DNA of 64,000 nucleotides. Origin: a virus. Its lineage: Duplodnaviria; Heunggongvirae; Uroviricota; Caudoviricetes. Under the pieces are notes generated by a model, which was given only the letters and a program-made list of their open reading frames with translations, was not told where the DNA came from and ran no database searches. A program made the position numbers and the translations under genes. The stretch lies in the IMG/VR virus record IMGVR_UViG_3300033075_001920, one strand, 5' to 3'. Shown here piece by piece: positions 1 through 9,765 of this stretch (positions are counted from its first letter, which is position 1; each line of letters opens with the position of its first letter).

Positions 1-119
1 ACAGGTATAGAATACAAAATAGAAGAATTAAAATGGCAATTATTATTGTACCACAATAAAAGCCGTCTTCATTTTGTTTCGTTTAAAATTTGCCTTTCGC
101 GTTGTAATTGATTAATAAA

Positions 120-371
120 TTATATTTTAATTTTTGTAACTATAGTATTTTTTATTTCAAATTGACAAGACTTATCGCTTATTATACCATTGGAAGAAAG
201 CAAAGGATTTACAATTCTTATATCTTTTGTTTCGGTATTTATAAGCTTATTTTTATCCGGGTGATTGAATCCGATAATGTGCCAATTTTCACAATCGCAA
301 CCCCTTATTATTATACAACCAATATATCCGCATTGATTCTCAATCCAAAGTTTTTTATTTATTGATTTCAT
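120..371 (-). CDS. hypothetical protein
   Basis: ORF in co-directional leftward gene run. Confidence 0.6.
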   Translation of the reverse strand: MKSINKKLWIENQCGYIGCIIIRGCDCENWHIIGFNHPDKNKLINTETKDIRIVNPLLSSNGIISDKSCQFEIKNTIVTKIKI

Positions 372-402
372 TTTTATATTTTACTTCAGGGTTTATAGGT
401 CT

Positions 403-867
403 TTAGGTGGTTAAATCAGCCCCATCAATCGTTTTAATTTCATCTGATTTTGGCAATAGTTTTTCAAGTATTCTAATTCTATTTTTCCTTGCTTCATTCT
501 CTCCCTTCAATCGGGAAATTTCCTCTTCTAAAACTTTAATATGGTCGTTTTTTCTGTTGCGTAAAAGAGTGTCGTTTTCTTCTGCCGACTTAATCAATCG
601 GGAAATTTCAGATTGGAGTTCTGAGGTTTTGGATTTGGCGTATTGCTCGGCAATTTTTATCATTTTATCAGCTTCATCTCTATCAGAGTTCTTTTCTTCT
701 TCTGATAAATTTGCATACTCTGTTTTCATCTGCCTTTGCCATCTCTCAACAGCCCATTGCGGTAACGTGAAATTAGCATCACATTTACTAAATAAGTATT
801 CCATCCACCCGGACCATTGTTTGTGCGCTAAGTCGGCAAATAGTTCTCTTAATTCCTTTTTGTTCAT
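403..867 (-). CDS. hypothetical protein with coiled-coil C-terminus
   Basis: ORF; shares IAEQYA..SEISRL module with neighbour. Confidence 0.75.
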   Translation of the reverse strand: MNKKELRELFADLAHKQWSGWMEYLFSKCDANFTLPQWAVERWQRQMKTEYANLSEEEKNSDRDEADKMIKIAEQYAKSKTSELQSEISRLIKSAEENDTLLRNRKNDHIKVLEEEISRLKGENEARKNRIRILEKLLPKSDEIKTIDGADLTT

Positions 868-1279
868 TTTATTTGATGGTTAATAATCAACATTCATAAG
901 GCACTTTAATCCATTTATCTTTTACTTTAGCATAAATAAAACCTGCATAACTGTCACCGGAATCACCTACACTCCATTGGTCAATGTGAACGTCTTTAAA
1001 TATCCCATAGCTTTCATTTGTTTTTGAGCCCGTAGGGGCATCAACTATCTCCACCTCTCCGCTTAATCCGCACGAATCTAATAACGCCCCAATATCTTCT
1101 CCCAAATCTTTAATTAAGACTTCCGCTATCGTCTTGTAAAGGCTTCGTTGACATTCTGTGTCGTATAAACACTTTGAATTCATACCCTGTGAAAACTGGA
1201 ACTTTTCATTCTCTCCTGTTAATCGGGAAATTTCAGATTGGAATTCTGAGGTTCTGGACTGAGCGTATTGCTCGGCAAT
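596..1279. repeat. 59-bp direct repeat (596-654 and 1221-1279) inside two adjacent genes
   Basis: aatcgggaaatttcagattgga(g/a)ttctgagg...gcgtattgctcggcaat, about 54/59 identical. Confidence 0.9.
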
Positions 1280-1510
1280 CGTAAGTAAATTAAAAATATT
1301 TTCCTCTCTCATTTTCTCACGACGGGCGGTTTTTTCAGGGTCGTAAACGGCTTGTATTGGAACATCTTTGTATAAATAATCCCATAGAGCGTTGTATGCA
1401 GCCATTTTAGAAGGGTCTTGGTTTAATTCTTCCCTATTCATTTTATTGAATTTAAATATTCTTGAAACACTTCTCTTGAAGTAAGATGACCTTTCCCATA
1501 CCAAAACCAT
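887..1510 (-). CDS. hypothetical protein
   Basis: ORF; true start probably the internal Met (MNREEL). Confidence 0.7.
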   Translation of the reverse strand: MVLVWERSSYFKRSVSRIFKFNKMNREELNQDPSKMAAYNALWDYLYKDVPIQAVYDPEKTARREKMREENIFNLLTIAEQYAQSRTSEFQSEISRLTGENEKFQFSQGMNSKCLYDTECQRSLYKTIAEVLIKDLGEDIGALLDSCGLSGEVEIVDAPTGSKTNESYGIFKDVHIDQWSVGDSGDSYAGFIYAKVKDKWIKVPYEC

Positions 1511-1746
1511 TTATGATTATTCTTATTGTACGTAAACCAAGAATCACAAACCATTTTATTACCTATCCATTCTAAAAAATCTGCAGATATTTTTTCATGC
1601 TCACTTTCTAAGACGTAGGGAGTATCATAATAAATTGTTTTGATCGAACAGTATTCATTATTCATAGAATCTTTTGGATTGTGAAGATAAATCACTTCGG
1701 GTAATTTATTCTCCATAGGTTTCTGATGTTCTTTATTTTTACTCAT
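1438..1746 (-). CDS. hypothetical protein
   Basis: ORF in leftward run. Confidence 0.7.
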   Translation of the reverse strand: MSKNKEHQKPMENKLPEVIYLHNPKDSMNNEYCSIKTIYYDTPYVLESEHEKISADFLEWIGNKMVCDSWFTYNKNNHKWFWYGKGHLTSREVFQEYLNSIK

Positions 1747-1969
1747 TAATTATGTATGTTTTTATTGGAGTTTTTAGCCATTCGCATATTTTGACATAGG
1801 TTTCAATGTCAGGAACCTGCCTGTTGTTTTCCAGCCTGGAAAGGGTAGTGTATGAAACACCTATCAGATATGCACATTGTCTTAAATTAATTTGACCAAC
1901 CAGCCTTCTTTTTTTAAAGATGTCGATTGCAAACGATTTACCATCAAAATATTTGCGTTTTTTAGCCAT
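1739..1969 (-). CDS. XRE/Cro-C1 family HTH protein
   Basis: LRQCAYLIGVSYTTLSRLENN...PDIETYVKICEWL HTH signature. Confidence 0.85.
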   Translation of the reverse strand: MAKKRKYFDGKSFAIDIFKKRRLVGQINLRQCAYLIGVSYTTLSRLENNRQVPDIETYVKICEWLKTPIKTYIINE

Positions 1970-2003
1970 GATTTATATTACTCTGGTTATATTGAAAACA
2001 ACA

Positions 2004-2492
2004 TTATGGGAGCAAAGGATCGCTATCGGCCCAGTCCTCCAAGTGTAATTTTTCTTTAAGTGCTTTTATCTTCTCTTTCAACTCTCCGACGATCCGCTTA
2101 TGCTCAGCTTGGAGTATGTAGGGAATATTATCAATATCGGTTGGTTCTCTTGTGATTTGACCATGACTAAATCCCCTTACTTTACATTGAATTGTCATAA
2201 AATCACTAATATGAATTTTAAGTGCTTTATTCTCTCTGGATTCCGGTATTTCACTATTAGGACCAGTAGAAGATAAAACTACATCATCCAGATTAGGCAA
2301 TACATGTTCGTCCGTAATATTTGTTACCAAAGGATTCATCAGGACTTCATAAGGCAGATAGCCGGTAGTTCCATCTTCCGGTGAGCCGTTTCCAAGCTGG
2401 ATTAGCCCATTTTCCACAAATAATCCATGAGTCCAATTGTAAGATTTTTTACTGAGTATATTCAACTCAAATTTAGTTAGGGGACGTTTCAT
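2004..2492 (-). CDS. hypothetical protein
   Basis: ORF in leftward run. Confidence 0.7.
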   Translation of the reverse strand: MKRPLTKFELNILSKKSYNWTHGLFVENGLIQLGNGSPEDGTTGYLPYEVLMNPLVTNITDEHVLPNLDDVVLSSTGPNSEIPESRENKALKIHISDFMTIQCKVRGFSHGQITREPTDIDNIPYILQAEHKRIVGELKEKIKALKEKLHLEDWADSDPLLP

Positions 2493-2538
2493 AATATTGA
2501 TAAAATAAGGTTGTATGTTGTATTGTCTGCAGGCATAA

Positions 2539-2829
2539 TCAATTCAGCTTGTTCTTTAAATATTCAATTCCGGATTCAGTTATTTTCCACTGATGGATGT
2601 TTAATCCCAGATTAATATTTTGCACAAAACCATCTGATTCTAAGGTGCGTAGACATTGTTTTATTTTTTGTCTATCCAGATGGTGCGCTTCTAATTCGGG
2701 AATAAAAGAAAAATAATGTGTGTATTGGGGCTCTCCATCCCTTAAAGACTCGAGAATTATCATCATCGAGCTCTTGTAGTATCTTTTCAGATCTTCGCTA
2801 AAAACAAGATAGTGTTTTTTCTCGCTCAT
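2539..2829 (-). CDS. hypothetical, possible winged-helix protein
   Basis: IKQCLRTLESDGFV...WKITESGIEYL resembles a wHTH wing. Confidence 0.55.
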   Translation of the reverse strand: MSEKKHYLVFSEDLKRYYKSSMMIILESLRDGEPQYTHYFSFIPELEAHHLDRQKIKQCLRTLESDGFVQNINLGLNIHQWKITESGIEYLKNKLN

Positions 2830-2832
2830 GGT

Positions 2833-3051
2833 CTATTTAACTTCTTTAACTAAAAGCTCGTAAGTTTTTCCCTTGGTTTGAAACTGGAGTTTTTGTTCGG
2901 TTTTCAATAGATGTTCAGCTACACTTGTAACTGCCGAATCTGTTACATCGTGTTTTTGACCGATCCAAAAACCTTTTGACGATACCCTGCCGGCATAGAT
3001 TATACCGGTTAATGGAGAAGTGCCGCATTTAAATTCTGATTTATTACTCAT
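2833..3051 (-). CDS. conserved-type small phage protein
   Basis: GTSPLTGIIYAGR...KHDVT motif typical of small phage proteins. Confidence 0.7.
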   Translation of the reverse strand: MSNKSEFKCGTSPLTGIIYAGRVSSKGFWIGQKHDVTDSAVTSVAEHLLKTEQKLQFQTKGKTYELLVKEVK

Positions 3052-3235
3052 TGGTTTTTTTAGTGATGTTTGCTGTTATGTATACTATCCTAACCTGTTC
3101 CATTAATGACAAAAAATGCTCGTAATGTTCTTTCGGCAGGTCGTTGATGTTGACAATCTCCTCACCTTTTATTTCAACTAAAATTTTAGTGAATAAAGGA
3201 GTTTTATTTTCTTTAGTTTCGCCGGTTTCACTCAT
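3044..3235 (-). CDS. hypothetical protein
   Basis: ORF, overlaps neighbour stop/start. Confidence 0.6.
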   Translation of the reverse strand: MSETGETKENKTPLFTKILVEIKGEEIVNINDLPKEHYEHFLSLMEQVRIVYITANITKKTNE

Positions 3236-3246
3236 GGTTTATTCTT

Positions 3247-3441
3247 TTAAAGGACATATCTTTCTAATAATTCAACCCTATAGTGCCTGCCTTTTGAATC
3301 AGCCCAGATGCTACGACAATTAATACGATTCACCTCATCGCCATAGACATTTCTAATGTGTGTTAATTCTAAGTGTATGGCTTGTTCATTCGAGATGACT
3401 TTAAAGGTTCTGAAATACCATAATTTTATTGCTTCTATCAT
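3247..3441 (-). CDS. hypothetical protein
   Basis: ORF in leftward run. Confidence 0.6.
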   Translation of the reverse strand: MIEAIKLWYFRTFKVISNEQAIHLELTHIRNVYGDEVNRINCRSIWADSKGRHYRVELLERYVL

Positions 3442-3479
3442 TTTATAATATATTAAATTTTGGATTATTACTTTAATTA

Positions 3480-3785
3480 TCAGATGTAATATTGTTTAAA
3501 ACCTTTTTCATCCACCACCATAATATGCCCCCAGGATTCCGAGGTTTGGCTATAAGAACTCCTTTCATACGCACTCACTTGCTTGTGCAATTTTCTATAC
3601 CTGCGCATGAAAATATGAATAGCCCTAACCGGGGTGCCGGCAGTTATTTCCATATCCGACATAATCAGACCCAATCTATTATGGCCGGTAAAGTCGCCAA
3701 ATAAGCCGGCAGACTCTCTAACTTTATATCGCTGGATAGTTCCATTAAACATTCGCCTAATCCTCCTGATGCGCCTTGCTTTCAT
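3480..3785 (-). CDS. hypothetical protein
   Basis: ORF in leftward run. Confidence 0.65.
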   Translation of the reverse strand: MKARRIRRIRRMFNGTIQRYKVRESAGLFGDFTGHNRLGLIMSDMEITAGTPVRAIHIFMRRYRKLHKQVSAYERSSYSQTSESWGHIMVVDEKGFKQYYI

Positions 3786-3823
3786 TTCTTCTTTAAAATT
3801 ATTCCGGTTTTTTTATGTACCGA

Positions 3824-4111
3824 TCAGTAACCCCGGCATTCCCTTAGTTTTTGTTCTAAATAAATAAAATTTTTATCCATAGAATCTATAGCCGTGGTAA
3901 GATACCTCACATCTTCGAGATGTTTAATTTCTCTAGCCTTTTGTTCGTCTTGAAATTCTTCGAATTGGTTTAAAATCTTGTAACACTCAGATTCAAATAA
4001 TGTTGTTTGGATTTGAGCTTCTTCCGCTTCCATCTTATACTTGCTAACAAAGTACAGTGAAATCACAAACAATAAAAGCATGGCGAAGAATGGTATTTTA
4101 TAATTTTTCAT
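3824..4111 (-). CDS. membrane-anchored coiled-coil protein
   Basis: N-terminal hydrophobic helix. Confidence 0.65.
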   Translation of the reverse strand: MKNYKIPFFAMLLLFVISLYFVSKYKMEAEEAQIQTTLFESECYKILNQFEEFQDEQKAREIKHLEDVRYLTTAIDSMDKNFIYLEQKLRECRGY

Positions 4112-4126
4112 ATCTAATTTCAGTGG

Positions 4127-4402
4127 TTAACAGGCGAGGGCAAATTGATAATAATTAGTCCAGTTCTTCTTGATATCTTGAAGTGCTTTTATCATTACAT
4201 CAACACTTTTTATGTTGGAAAATTCCAACAAAACCTTAGGCAGGTCGTTCACGTCCTCTTTTTCAAACCTTTCGCCTACCGGTATCTCGGAAACCAATTC
4301 CTGTAATTGAATTTCCAGCCCATTGACCTGAACACCAATTTTACCTTTGTTATCAATAGAGGCAAACTGAACTGTTGTAATGTTGTTTTCTGTGCTTATC
4401 AT
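4127..4402 (-). CDS. hypothetical protein
   Basis: ORF in leftward run. Confidence 0.65.
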   Translation of the reverse strand: MISTENNITTVQFASIDNKGKIGVQVNGLEIQLQELVSEIPVGERFEKEDVNDLPKVLLEFSNIKSVDVMIKALQDIKKNWTNYYQFALAC

Positions 4403-4432
4403 GTTATAAAAGTTATTGTAAATAATTAATTA

Positions 4433-4831
4433 TTAAGGCTTTTTGAGCTTTAAATCTTCTTCTTTATAAGATTTCCTTTTACCATCCGGAAAGATGCAAC
4501 AGCATACGCGATTAGCTAAAATCGTTTCAATGATCGCCGATCCATCTGAAGGTGTAATAACCTTCATCCCCTGACCTAAGGAGTTCTCATCCCACTCAAA
4601 ACCATCCCCAGGGGTAAACCATGCCGGAGCACTACCCATTCCGGGAAAATAGTCATATCCGACATTTATCCTTGCCTGACTTCCCATCGCATAAACATTT
4701 TCAACCGTGTATTCCCGGTCGTTACTGAATTTGAACTTTTGGCCGATATAAATATCCTTTGCAGCCCTGGTAGAAAACATCTGCTCAGCCAACGGCGTAT
4801 TAAGGTATTTTTCTTGAATAGTAGTTTTCAT
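4433..4831 (-). CDS. hypothetical protein
   Basis: ORF in leftward run. Confidence 0.65.
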   Translation of the reverse strand: MKTTIQEKYLNTPLAEQMFSTRAAKDIYIGQKFKFSNDREYTVENVYAMGSQARINVGYDYFPGMGSAPAWFTPGDGFEWDENSLGQGMKVITPSDGSAIIETILANRVCCCIFPDGKRKSYKEEDLKLKKP

Positions 4832-4834
4832 GGT

Positions 4835-5569
4835 TTAACGTTCAGTTTTTTCATCAGGGAATATGTCTGAATAGGTGATGAGTTTGTGAGGCTCACTATT
4901 GAAAATTTCTTCATCGTCACCATACTTCATTCTACCATCATTTGAAAAATATAAATAAGGTTTATCTATATATTGAGTTAAGCTACCCCCATTACTCCAT
5001 TTAAACCGTTGAATAAAAGCATATTCCTGAACTTTTCTACTCTGCATAGGTGTTACCTTTATTTTAGTGTCCGATAAATTAATATTTGAGCTTTTAGGTT
5101 TTGAAGCTTCAATATCTTTCAAGGTAGATTCATCAAAAGAACCATCTGGGGTCTCAGGCTGCTCAATCAGACCTTCAACGATAAACAGTATGAATCGATT
5201 TCTATCACCATCGGTATTAATCCAGTTTCCAAAATGCATAGATCCGCCATAATTTGCACCGTTAGATAATGGCACATACTCCAGCCGGAAACGCTCTGGG
5301 TCATCATAATCCATGCGAAGAGTTTTATTACCTTGCTTAAATTCAATATAGCCGCCAAGGTGAATAGCCCTTTTATCCTTCCGGTGATAAGAAAAGGTAA
5401 TACCTTCTTCCTTAAACATTGGAATAAACATTTCAAAAGCTTTTATAAACTCTATGGTCTTTGCAGCGCAAATGTCCGCATAAATATCGTCCAATGACTT
5501 TTGCGATTTGGTAGCCTTCTTTTCGTTTTCTTGTCTGATTTTATCAGCCAGTTCTCTTAATTTACTCAT
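4835..5569 (-). CDS. hypothetical protein, N-domain paralogous to 8472..8909
   Basis: PMF..GIT..YH...GGYIEFK.G.K.LRMDYD shared. Confidence 0.75.
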   Translation of the reverse strand: MSKLRELADKIRQENEKKATKSQKSLDDIYADICAAKTIEFIKAFEMFIPMFKEEGITFSYHRKDKRAIHLGGYIEFKQGNKTLRMDYDDPERFRLEYVPLSNGANYGGSMHFGNWINTDGDRNRFILFIVEGLIEQPETPDGSFDESTLKDIEASKPKSSNINLSDTKIKVTPMQSRKVQEYAFIQRFKWSNGGSLTQYIDKPYLYFSNDGRMKYGDDEEIFNSEPHKLITYSDIFPDEKTER

Positions 5570-5775
5570 AATTTTTCAATTTCGGTTTTGACTTGTAGCC
5601 ACCATTCTGAATTATATTCGTTTGCGGGTGTATTAGGTGGATTACCATTTGAGGAAGGTAGATATTTAATAAGTTCGTCGGCAACTAATGATGCACAATC
5701 TTTAGCGAAGAACGAATTGCCATTTATTTGTATAAACTTATCTACCAATTCTTTTGCTTTATTTTTTTCTTTCAT
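5566..5775 (-). CDS. hypothetical protein
   Basis: ORF with ATGA overlap. Confidence 0.65.
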   Translation of the reverse strand: MKEKNKAKELVDKFIQINGNSFFAKDCASLVADELIKYLPSSNGNPPNTPANEYNSEWWLQVKTEIEKL

Positions 5776-5779
5776 CGCT

Positions 5780-6037
5780 TTATATTTCCATTACAGTACC
5801 AGCTGGAAGGATGCGAACCATAAACTGATCGTCATCTTTCTCAAATTTAGTTCTAAATAATTCAAACCAGCTTTTTCCTTGCGGAAGCCCCAGAGAGATA
5901 AGTGAATTGTCGTATCTTTGAACCACCCTACCCACGTAGTGCTTTTGATTACTCCATTTTTCAATGATAGCAATATCTCCATCACTCATTTCAGTCACTT
6001 GGACAATGTTTCCGGTAATTTCAGAAGTTATTTTCAT
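5780..6037 (-). CDS. hypothetical protein
   Basis: ORF in leftward run. Confidence 0.65.
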   Translation of the reverse strand: MKITSEITGNIVQVTEMSDGDIAIIEKWSNQKHYVGRVVQRYDNSLISLGLPQGKSWFELFRTKFEKDDDQFMVRILPAGTVMEI

Positions 6038-6072
6038 GCAATTCTATATAAAGCTTAAATTTATTAAAACGT

Positions 6073-6267
6073 TTATTTCTCTATCAGTTTGTGGGCATGC
6101 AAGGCACCTTTCATTTTCCGTTTGGCAGATCTGACTCCGGAAGCCTGTACAACTATACTTCTATTTCCCGGATACGTAACAACATAATAAGACCTTTTTT
6201 TCACATTGGATCCAAATACTTTTTTTAGTAAGTTTTTTAAACGATATTGCACAGGTTTTTTCAGCAT
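6073..6267 (-). CDS. small basic hypothetical protein, first gene of leftward operon
   Basis: ORF directly after promoter at 6275-6302. Confidence 0.6.
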   Translation of the reverse strand: MLKKPVQYRLKNLLKKVFGSNVKKRSYYVVTYPGNRSIVVQASGVRSAKRKMKGALHAHKLIEK

Positions 6268-6274
6268 TACCCGA

Positions 6275-6302
6275 CAAAACTAACGTTATTTTTCAAAATA
6301 AC
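6275..6302 (-). promoter_or_regulatory. Bacteroidota-type promoter: palindrome GTTATTTTGAAAAATAAC plus -7 TAGTTTTG
   Basis: TAnnTTTG match; same palindrome at three other promoters. Confidence 0.75.
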
Positions 6303-6333
6303 AAAATAAATATTTAGAAACCGTATAACCAGC

Positions 6334-6651
6334 ATGATATTAAGCATATATAATTTAATCGCTTTTATAATCGCATATTTATCAGGGTGTATAATAGCGT
6401 ATAATTATCATACCAAGAACAGACCCCACAGCTGGCAAAGGGATGCGCGCAATACGATAGTAGATCTGCTGATAATTTCAGCTATTGTTATCACGTTTTT
6501 ATACCCTATAGATTACGAACCAGTCATACCATCCCAGTTGCGATTTAAAAAGGAAATGGTAAATTTGCTTGTATTTAATGGAATGATAATATGTTTTTCA
6601 ATTGTAGCCGGCACAGCTACCGTTACAATTATAAGAAGGTTGTTCAGTTAG
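6334..6651 (+). CDS. membrane protein (about 3 TM)
   Basis: hydrophobic segments. Confidence 0.6.
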   Translation: MILSIYNLIAFIIAYLSGCIIAYNYHTKNRPHSWQRDARNTIVDLLIISAIVITFLYPIDYEPVIPSQLRFKKEMVNLLVFNGMIICFSIVAGTATVTIIRRLFS

Positions 6652-6817
6652 ATGAATTGAGTTCCTTGGAAATCTTGGCAATTTGTAGCTTGGTAAGAGA
6701 AAGCTCTACATAATTTTTGTAGATCATGAATCCAAGACCTACGACAAGAACCGTGGTAACAACAGTTGCTGAAACACCGATGGCGCTAACGATACGATTG
6801 ATAGATTTTTCATCCAT
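6644..6817 (-). CDS. small single-TM protein (MDEKSINRIVSAIGVSATVVTTVLVVGLGFMIYKN...), not in ORF track
   Basis: manual translation, 57 aa. Confidence 0.55.
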   Translation of the reverse strand: MDEKSINRIVSAIGVSATVVTTVLVVGLGFMIYKNYVELSLTKLQIAKISKELNSSN

Positions 6818-6838
6818 GACACAAAGATAATAAAAGTT

Positions 6839-7165
6839 ATGAAAATAATCAAAAACCTGATTAGGAGATTTATAATGCTGCTCTGCTCGGCAGCCGAAGG
6901 ATATAACCAGGCTTCCTCCGGTAACTTTGCATTAAAGAAGTGCTATTACTGCGGCCGGCTGAATATTTACGAAGTAGGTCATTTTACAGCCGAGGATAAG
7001 GCAAAAGGAATTGCGTATGTCTGCAACCGGAAACCGTGCGTCGAAAAACTGGATCAGGATCTCAAAGATGTAAAAGAGGAAAACGAAAATTTGAGAAAAG
7101 TAAGAAGCGATTTATCTGTTATGATGGAAAAATACAAGGCAGAAAATCAGACAGATAGAAAATAA
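6839..7165 (+). CDS. hypothetical protein with CxxC...C-C Zn-binding motif
   Basis: CYYCG...VCNRKPC. Confidence 0.6.
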   Translation: MKIIKNLIRRFIMLLCSAAEGYNQASSGNFALKKCYYCGRLNIYEVGHFTAEDKAKGIAYVCNRKPCVEKLDQDLKDVKEENENLRKVRSDLSVMMEKYKAENQTDRK

Positions 7166-7179
7166 ATGAAAATTTATTA

Positions 7180-7208
7180 GTTATTTTCAAAAATAACTAT
7201 AATATTTG
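7180..7208 (+). promoter_or_regulatory. promoter: palindrome GTTATTTTCAAAAATAAC plus AATATTTG
   Basis: motif shared with 6285, 15827, 28215. Confidence 0.7.
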
Positions 7209-7228
7209 CTGCGTACTTTACAATTACG

Positions 7229-7558
7229 ATGGAAAATCCACTTTTTGAATTCTACGAAGCGTTTCATAACGCGGGTATTCAACCCATTTCAGATGAGCAG
7301 TGCTGCAAAATATTAGCCTGGCTTTACCGGTACGGCGGGGCAAATGAGGCGGTGGTATACAATAAGCGCTTAAATGCAGCCATACTCTATGCCCAGAAAA
7401 GGCTTAATATCATAGGAGGTGAAATTCCGAATCCTGAATTATTCTCTTTACTTCAGAACTATCTGCTCGAGGTAAAAGATTTTAATAGCAAAGAGCATCC
7501 CCAGTGGGCTTATGAAATTTGCGATCAGTACAATTTAAGCCGGACATGTATTAACTAA
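7229..7558 (+). CDS. hypothetical protein
   Basis: ORF after promoter. Confidence 0.7.
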   Translation: MENPLFEFYEAFHNAGIQPISDEQCCKILAWLYRYGGANEAVVYNKRLNAAILYAQKRLNIIGGEIPNPELFSLLQNYLLEVKDFNSKEHPQWAYEICDQYNLSRTCIN

Positions 7559-7569
7559 TTCTGCCAGAT

Positions 7570-8043
7570 ATGACTTTACCATTTATCAAATTTATAACAC
7601 CACTTCTGACAATAGAGGATGACGGTAATTGCTGCGGACCAAAAAGACCGGTTGCAATAGCGGACTCTATAACAACAAGGTTCAAAACCAAATACGATGG
7701 TCTGTCGAGAATTGTATTTTCAGATGAAGAAATGTATCAGAAGTTTGACGATACAAAAAAGCGGGGTGTTTCAGAATACGACATACTGGTAATAAGCGTA
7801 AAGCTTCCAGCAACCAAAGCGATATTTCTTATTTTAGATTTGGGCGATCGTTTCATTGATTTTGCACTCGTTTTCGAAAACGACAGAGAAATTACATATT
7901 GCGATAATCATCAGGCATACCTGAGGAGTTTTATCAAGTTTCTAAGCGACAAGCAGCTTAATGCTTTGGTTAATTATTTATTTGATAATTTTGAAAGAGT
8001 ATTTCAAGTTAAAAACCAATTATACAATTTATGCAGAAATTAG
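7570..8043 (+). CDS. hypothetical protein
   Basis: ORF in rightward run. Confidence 0.7.
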   Translation: MTLPFIKFITPLLTIEDDGNCCGPKRPVAIADSITTRFKTKYDGLSRIVFSDEEMYQKFDDTKKRGVSEYDILVISVKLPATKAIFLILDLGDRFIDFALVFENDREITYCDNHQAYLRSFIKFLSDKQLNALVNYLFDNFERVFQVKNQLYNLCRN

Positions 8044-8459
8044 ATGAAAAGGAGTGTAGATATTTAGAAGCTGTAAAGGCGATGCTCAATGCCGAGCTGC
8101 AGCCGTGGCATTCGCTTTATTACACAATAGATGATAATTTCTACATGTTTCGGGATAAAGACATTGAAGCCTCTGATCAAACGCGGATTGAAAAGCCATA
8201 CAGCGAAGTCTATAGCATTAATTTTATCTGCACCAATCCGGGGTGTATTCAAAAATTACACAGCATAGAAATACGGGTGTATAGCGAAATTGACGGGGGC
8301 GATAACGATGAATTGTTAAAAATCTATGGACCGAACAATCCAATGTGCCTTGAATTTGAAGTAAAACTTCCATTTGGAGAGCGTGAATTCAAAAAGTTCA
8401 ACCCCAACGATGCCAGTATCAAATATCTTTGGATGGCACTATTAAACGGAAATCATTAA
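8031..8459 (+). CDS. hypothetical protein
   Basis: ORF in rightward run. Confidence 0.7.
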   Translation: MQKLDEKECRYLEAVKAMLNAELQPWHSLYYTIDDNFYMFRDKDIEASDQTRIEKPYSEVYSINFICTNPGCIQKLHSIEIRVYSEIDGGDNDELLKIYGPNNPMCLEFEVKLPFGEREFKKFNPNDASIKYLWMALLNGNH

Positions 8460-8471
8460 TACATTCAAGCA

Positions 8472-8909
8472 ATGACAATAAAATCAGTATTTAAGCAAAA
8501 GGCAGAAAAGATCAGGTCTGAAATATCTAATCTCGAAAAAGCAAAACAAAAAGCCGAGAAAAGGGCATATGCTAAGGTGCAGAGGGAGAGAATAAAGCAG
8601 TTTGAGCAGAGATTCGAAAAATTCCTACCCATGTTTGCTGCCGATGGCATTACCTACAAGTATCATTTAAAAGACCCACGGTATCAATATCAGGGAGGAT
8701 ATATTGAGTTTAAAATGGGTAAAAAGAAGCTCAGGATGGATTATGACAGCAGTACAGACTACCGGTTTGAATTTAATGAATACGAAGGAAAAAGAAGTGG
8801 GCAAGATATATATTGGGACTGGCTAAACCAAGAAGACGGAGAAGAGCGATTCATCCTTTTTATAACCGAAGGTTTGATTGAGAAATCTGAACCCCAATAC
8901 GAATTTTAA
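8472..8909 (+). CDS. hypothetical protein, paralog of 4835..5569
   Basis: shared GGYIEFK/LRMDYD block. Confidence 0.75.
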   Translation: MTIKSVFKQKAEKIRSEISNLEKAKQKAEKRAYAKVQRERIKQFEQRFEKFLPMFAADGITYKYHLKDPRYQYQGGYIEFKMGKKKLRMDYDSSTDYRFEFNEYEGKRSGQDIYWDWLNQEDGEERFILFITEGLIEKSEPQYEF

Positions 8910-8911
8910 CA

Positions 8912-9760
8912 ATGAGTAATATACAAAACACATCTGAGATGGTTGTTACAAAGGGTATGGTTGAATTATATAAAGTCAGACCTTTAAAACCATACAACGG
9001 TATGCTGATTTGGGCGGATATAATCGTGCACGACACCGGACACAATTCCGGACGTATCACTATCAGTTCTATGTATGACAACTGGCAATGTTATTTCGAT
9101 GAATGTGGGATAGATTTTAAGCAGTTTCTTATTGGTCTTGAAAAGCAATATCTTGCTGATAAATTTCTATGTAACAAACAATTTAACTTTAAAGGCACTT
9201 TAGAACACTATAAATCTGAGGTGAACAAAGCTTTGAAAGAGAAAATAATTACACCTTACCTCGGTGAAATTATCTTGAAGGAAATCAAAGATATAGATGA
9301 AAACATTTTAAGTGAGCATGAAATTGCATTTGCAGCATACATTCAAACGAAGGCCAAACATTTACTGGAATTTTTTGGATATACACCCCAATTGATCAGG
9401 ACAATCAATTTTGCCTTTTCTGATTTTTGGGAACAGATCTGGCCGCATTTTATTGAACACTTAAAAAAGGAGCTTGCTGACGAGGAGTCGGCGCAGAGTT
9501 TTTATGATCACGATAAGCTGCCGCCAGAAAAGATAATCCCTGCAGAAGAGATTGATATGGAAACCTATGAAAAATTGGAAAATCAATCAACTGACGATAA
9601 TTCTAAATGGAAACATGGTGTTGTATCGCCTACCAAAAACGGGCATTATGTATGCTATGAAGACAATGTCAGAATGCTGCTTTATTTTGACGTAAAGAAG
9701 GATAATTGGTTGGACATGGCTGGAAAAGAGCATAAACCAGGCAAATGGCTTGATAAATAA
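8912..9760 (+). CDS. hypothetical protein
   Basis: 282-aa ORF. Confidence 0.75.
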   Translation: MSNIQNTSEMVVTKGMVELYKVRPLKPYNGMLIWADIIVHDTGHNSGRITISSMYDNWQCYFDECGIDFKQFLIGLEKQYLADKFLCNKQFNFKGTLEHYKSEVNKALKEKIITPYLGEIILKEIKDIDENILSEHEIAFAAYIQTKAKHLLEFFGYTPQLIRTINFAFSDFWEQIWPHFIEHLKKELADEESAQSFYDHDKLPPEKIIPAEEIDMETYEKLENQSTDDNSKWKHGVVSPTKNGHYVCYEDNVRMLLYFDVKKDNWLDMAGKEHKPGKWLDK

Positions 9761-9765
9761 GAAAT

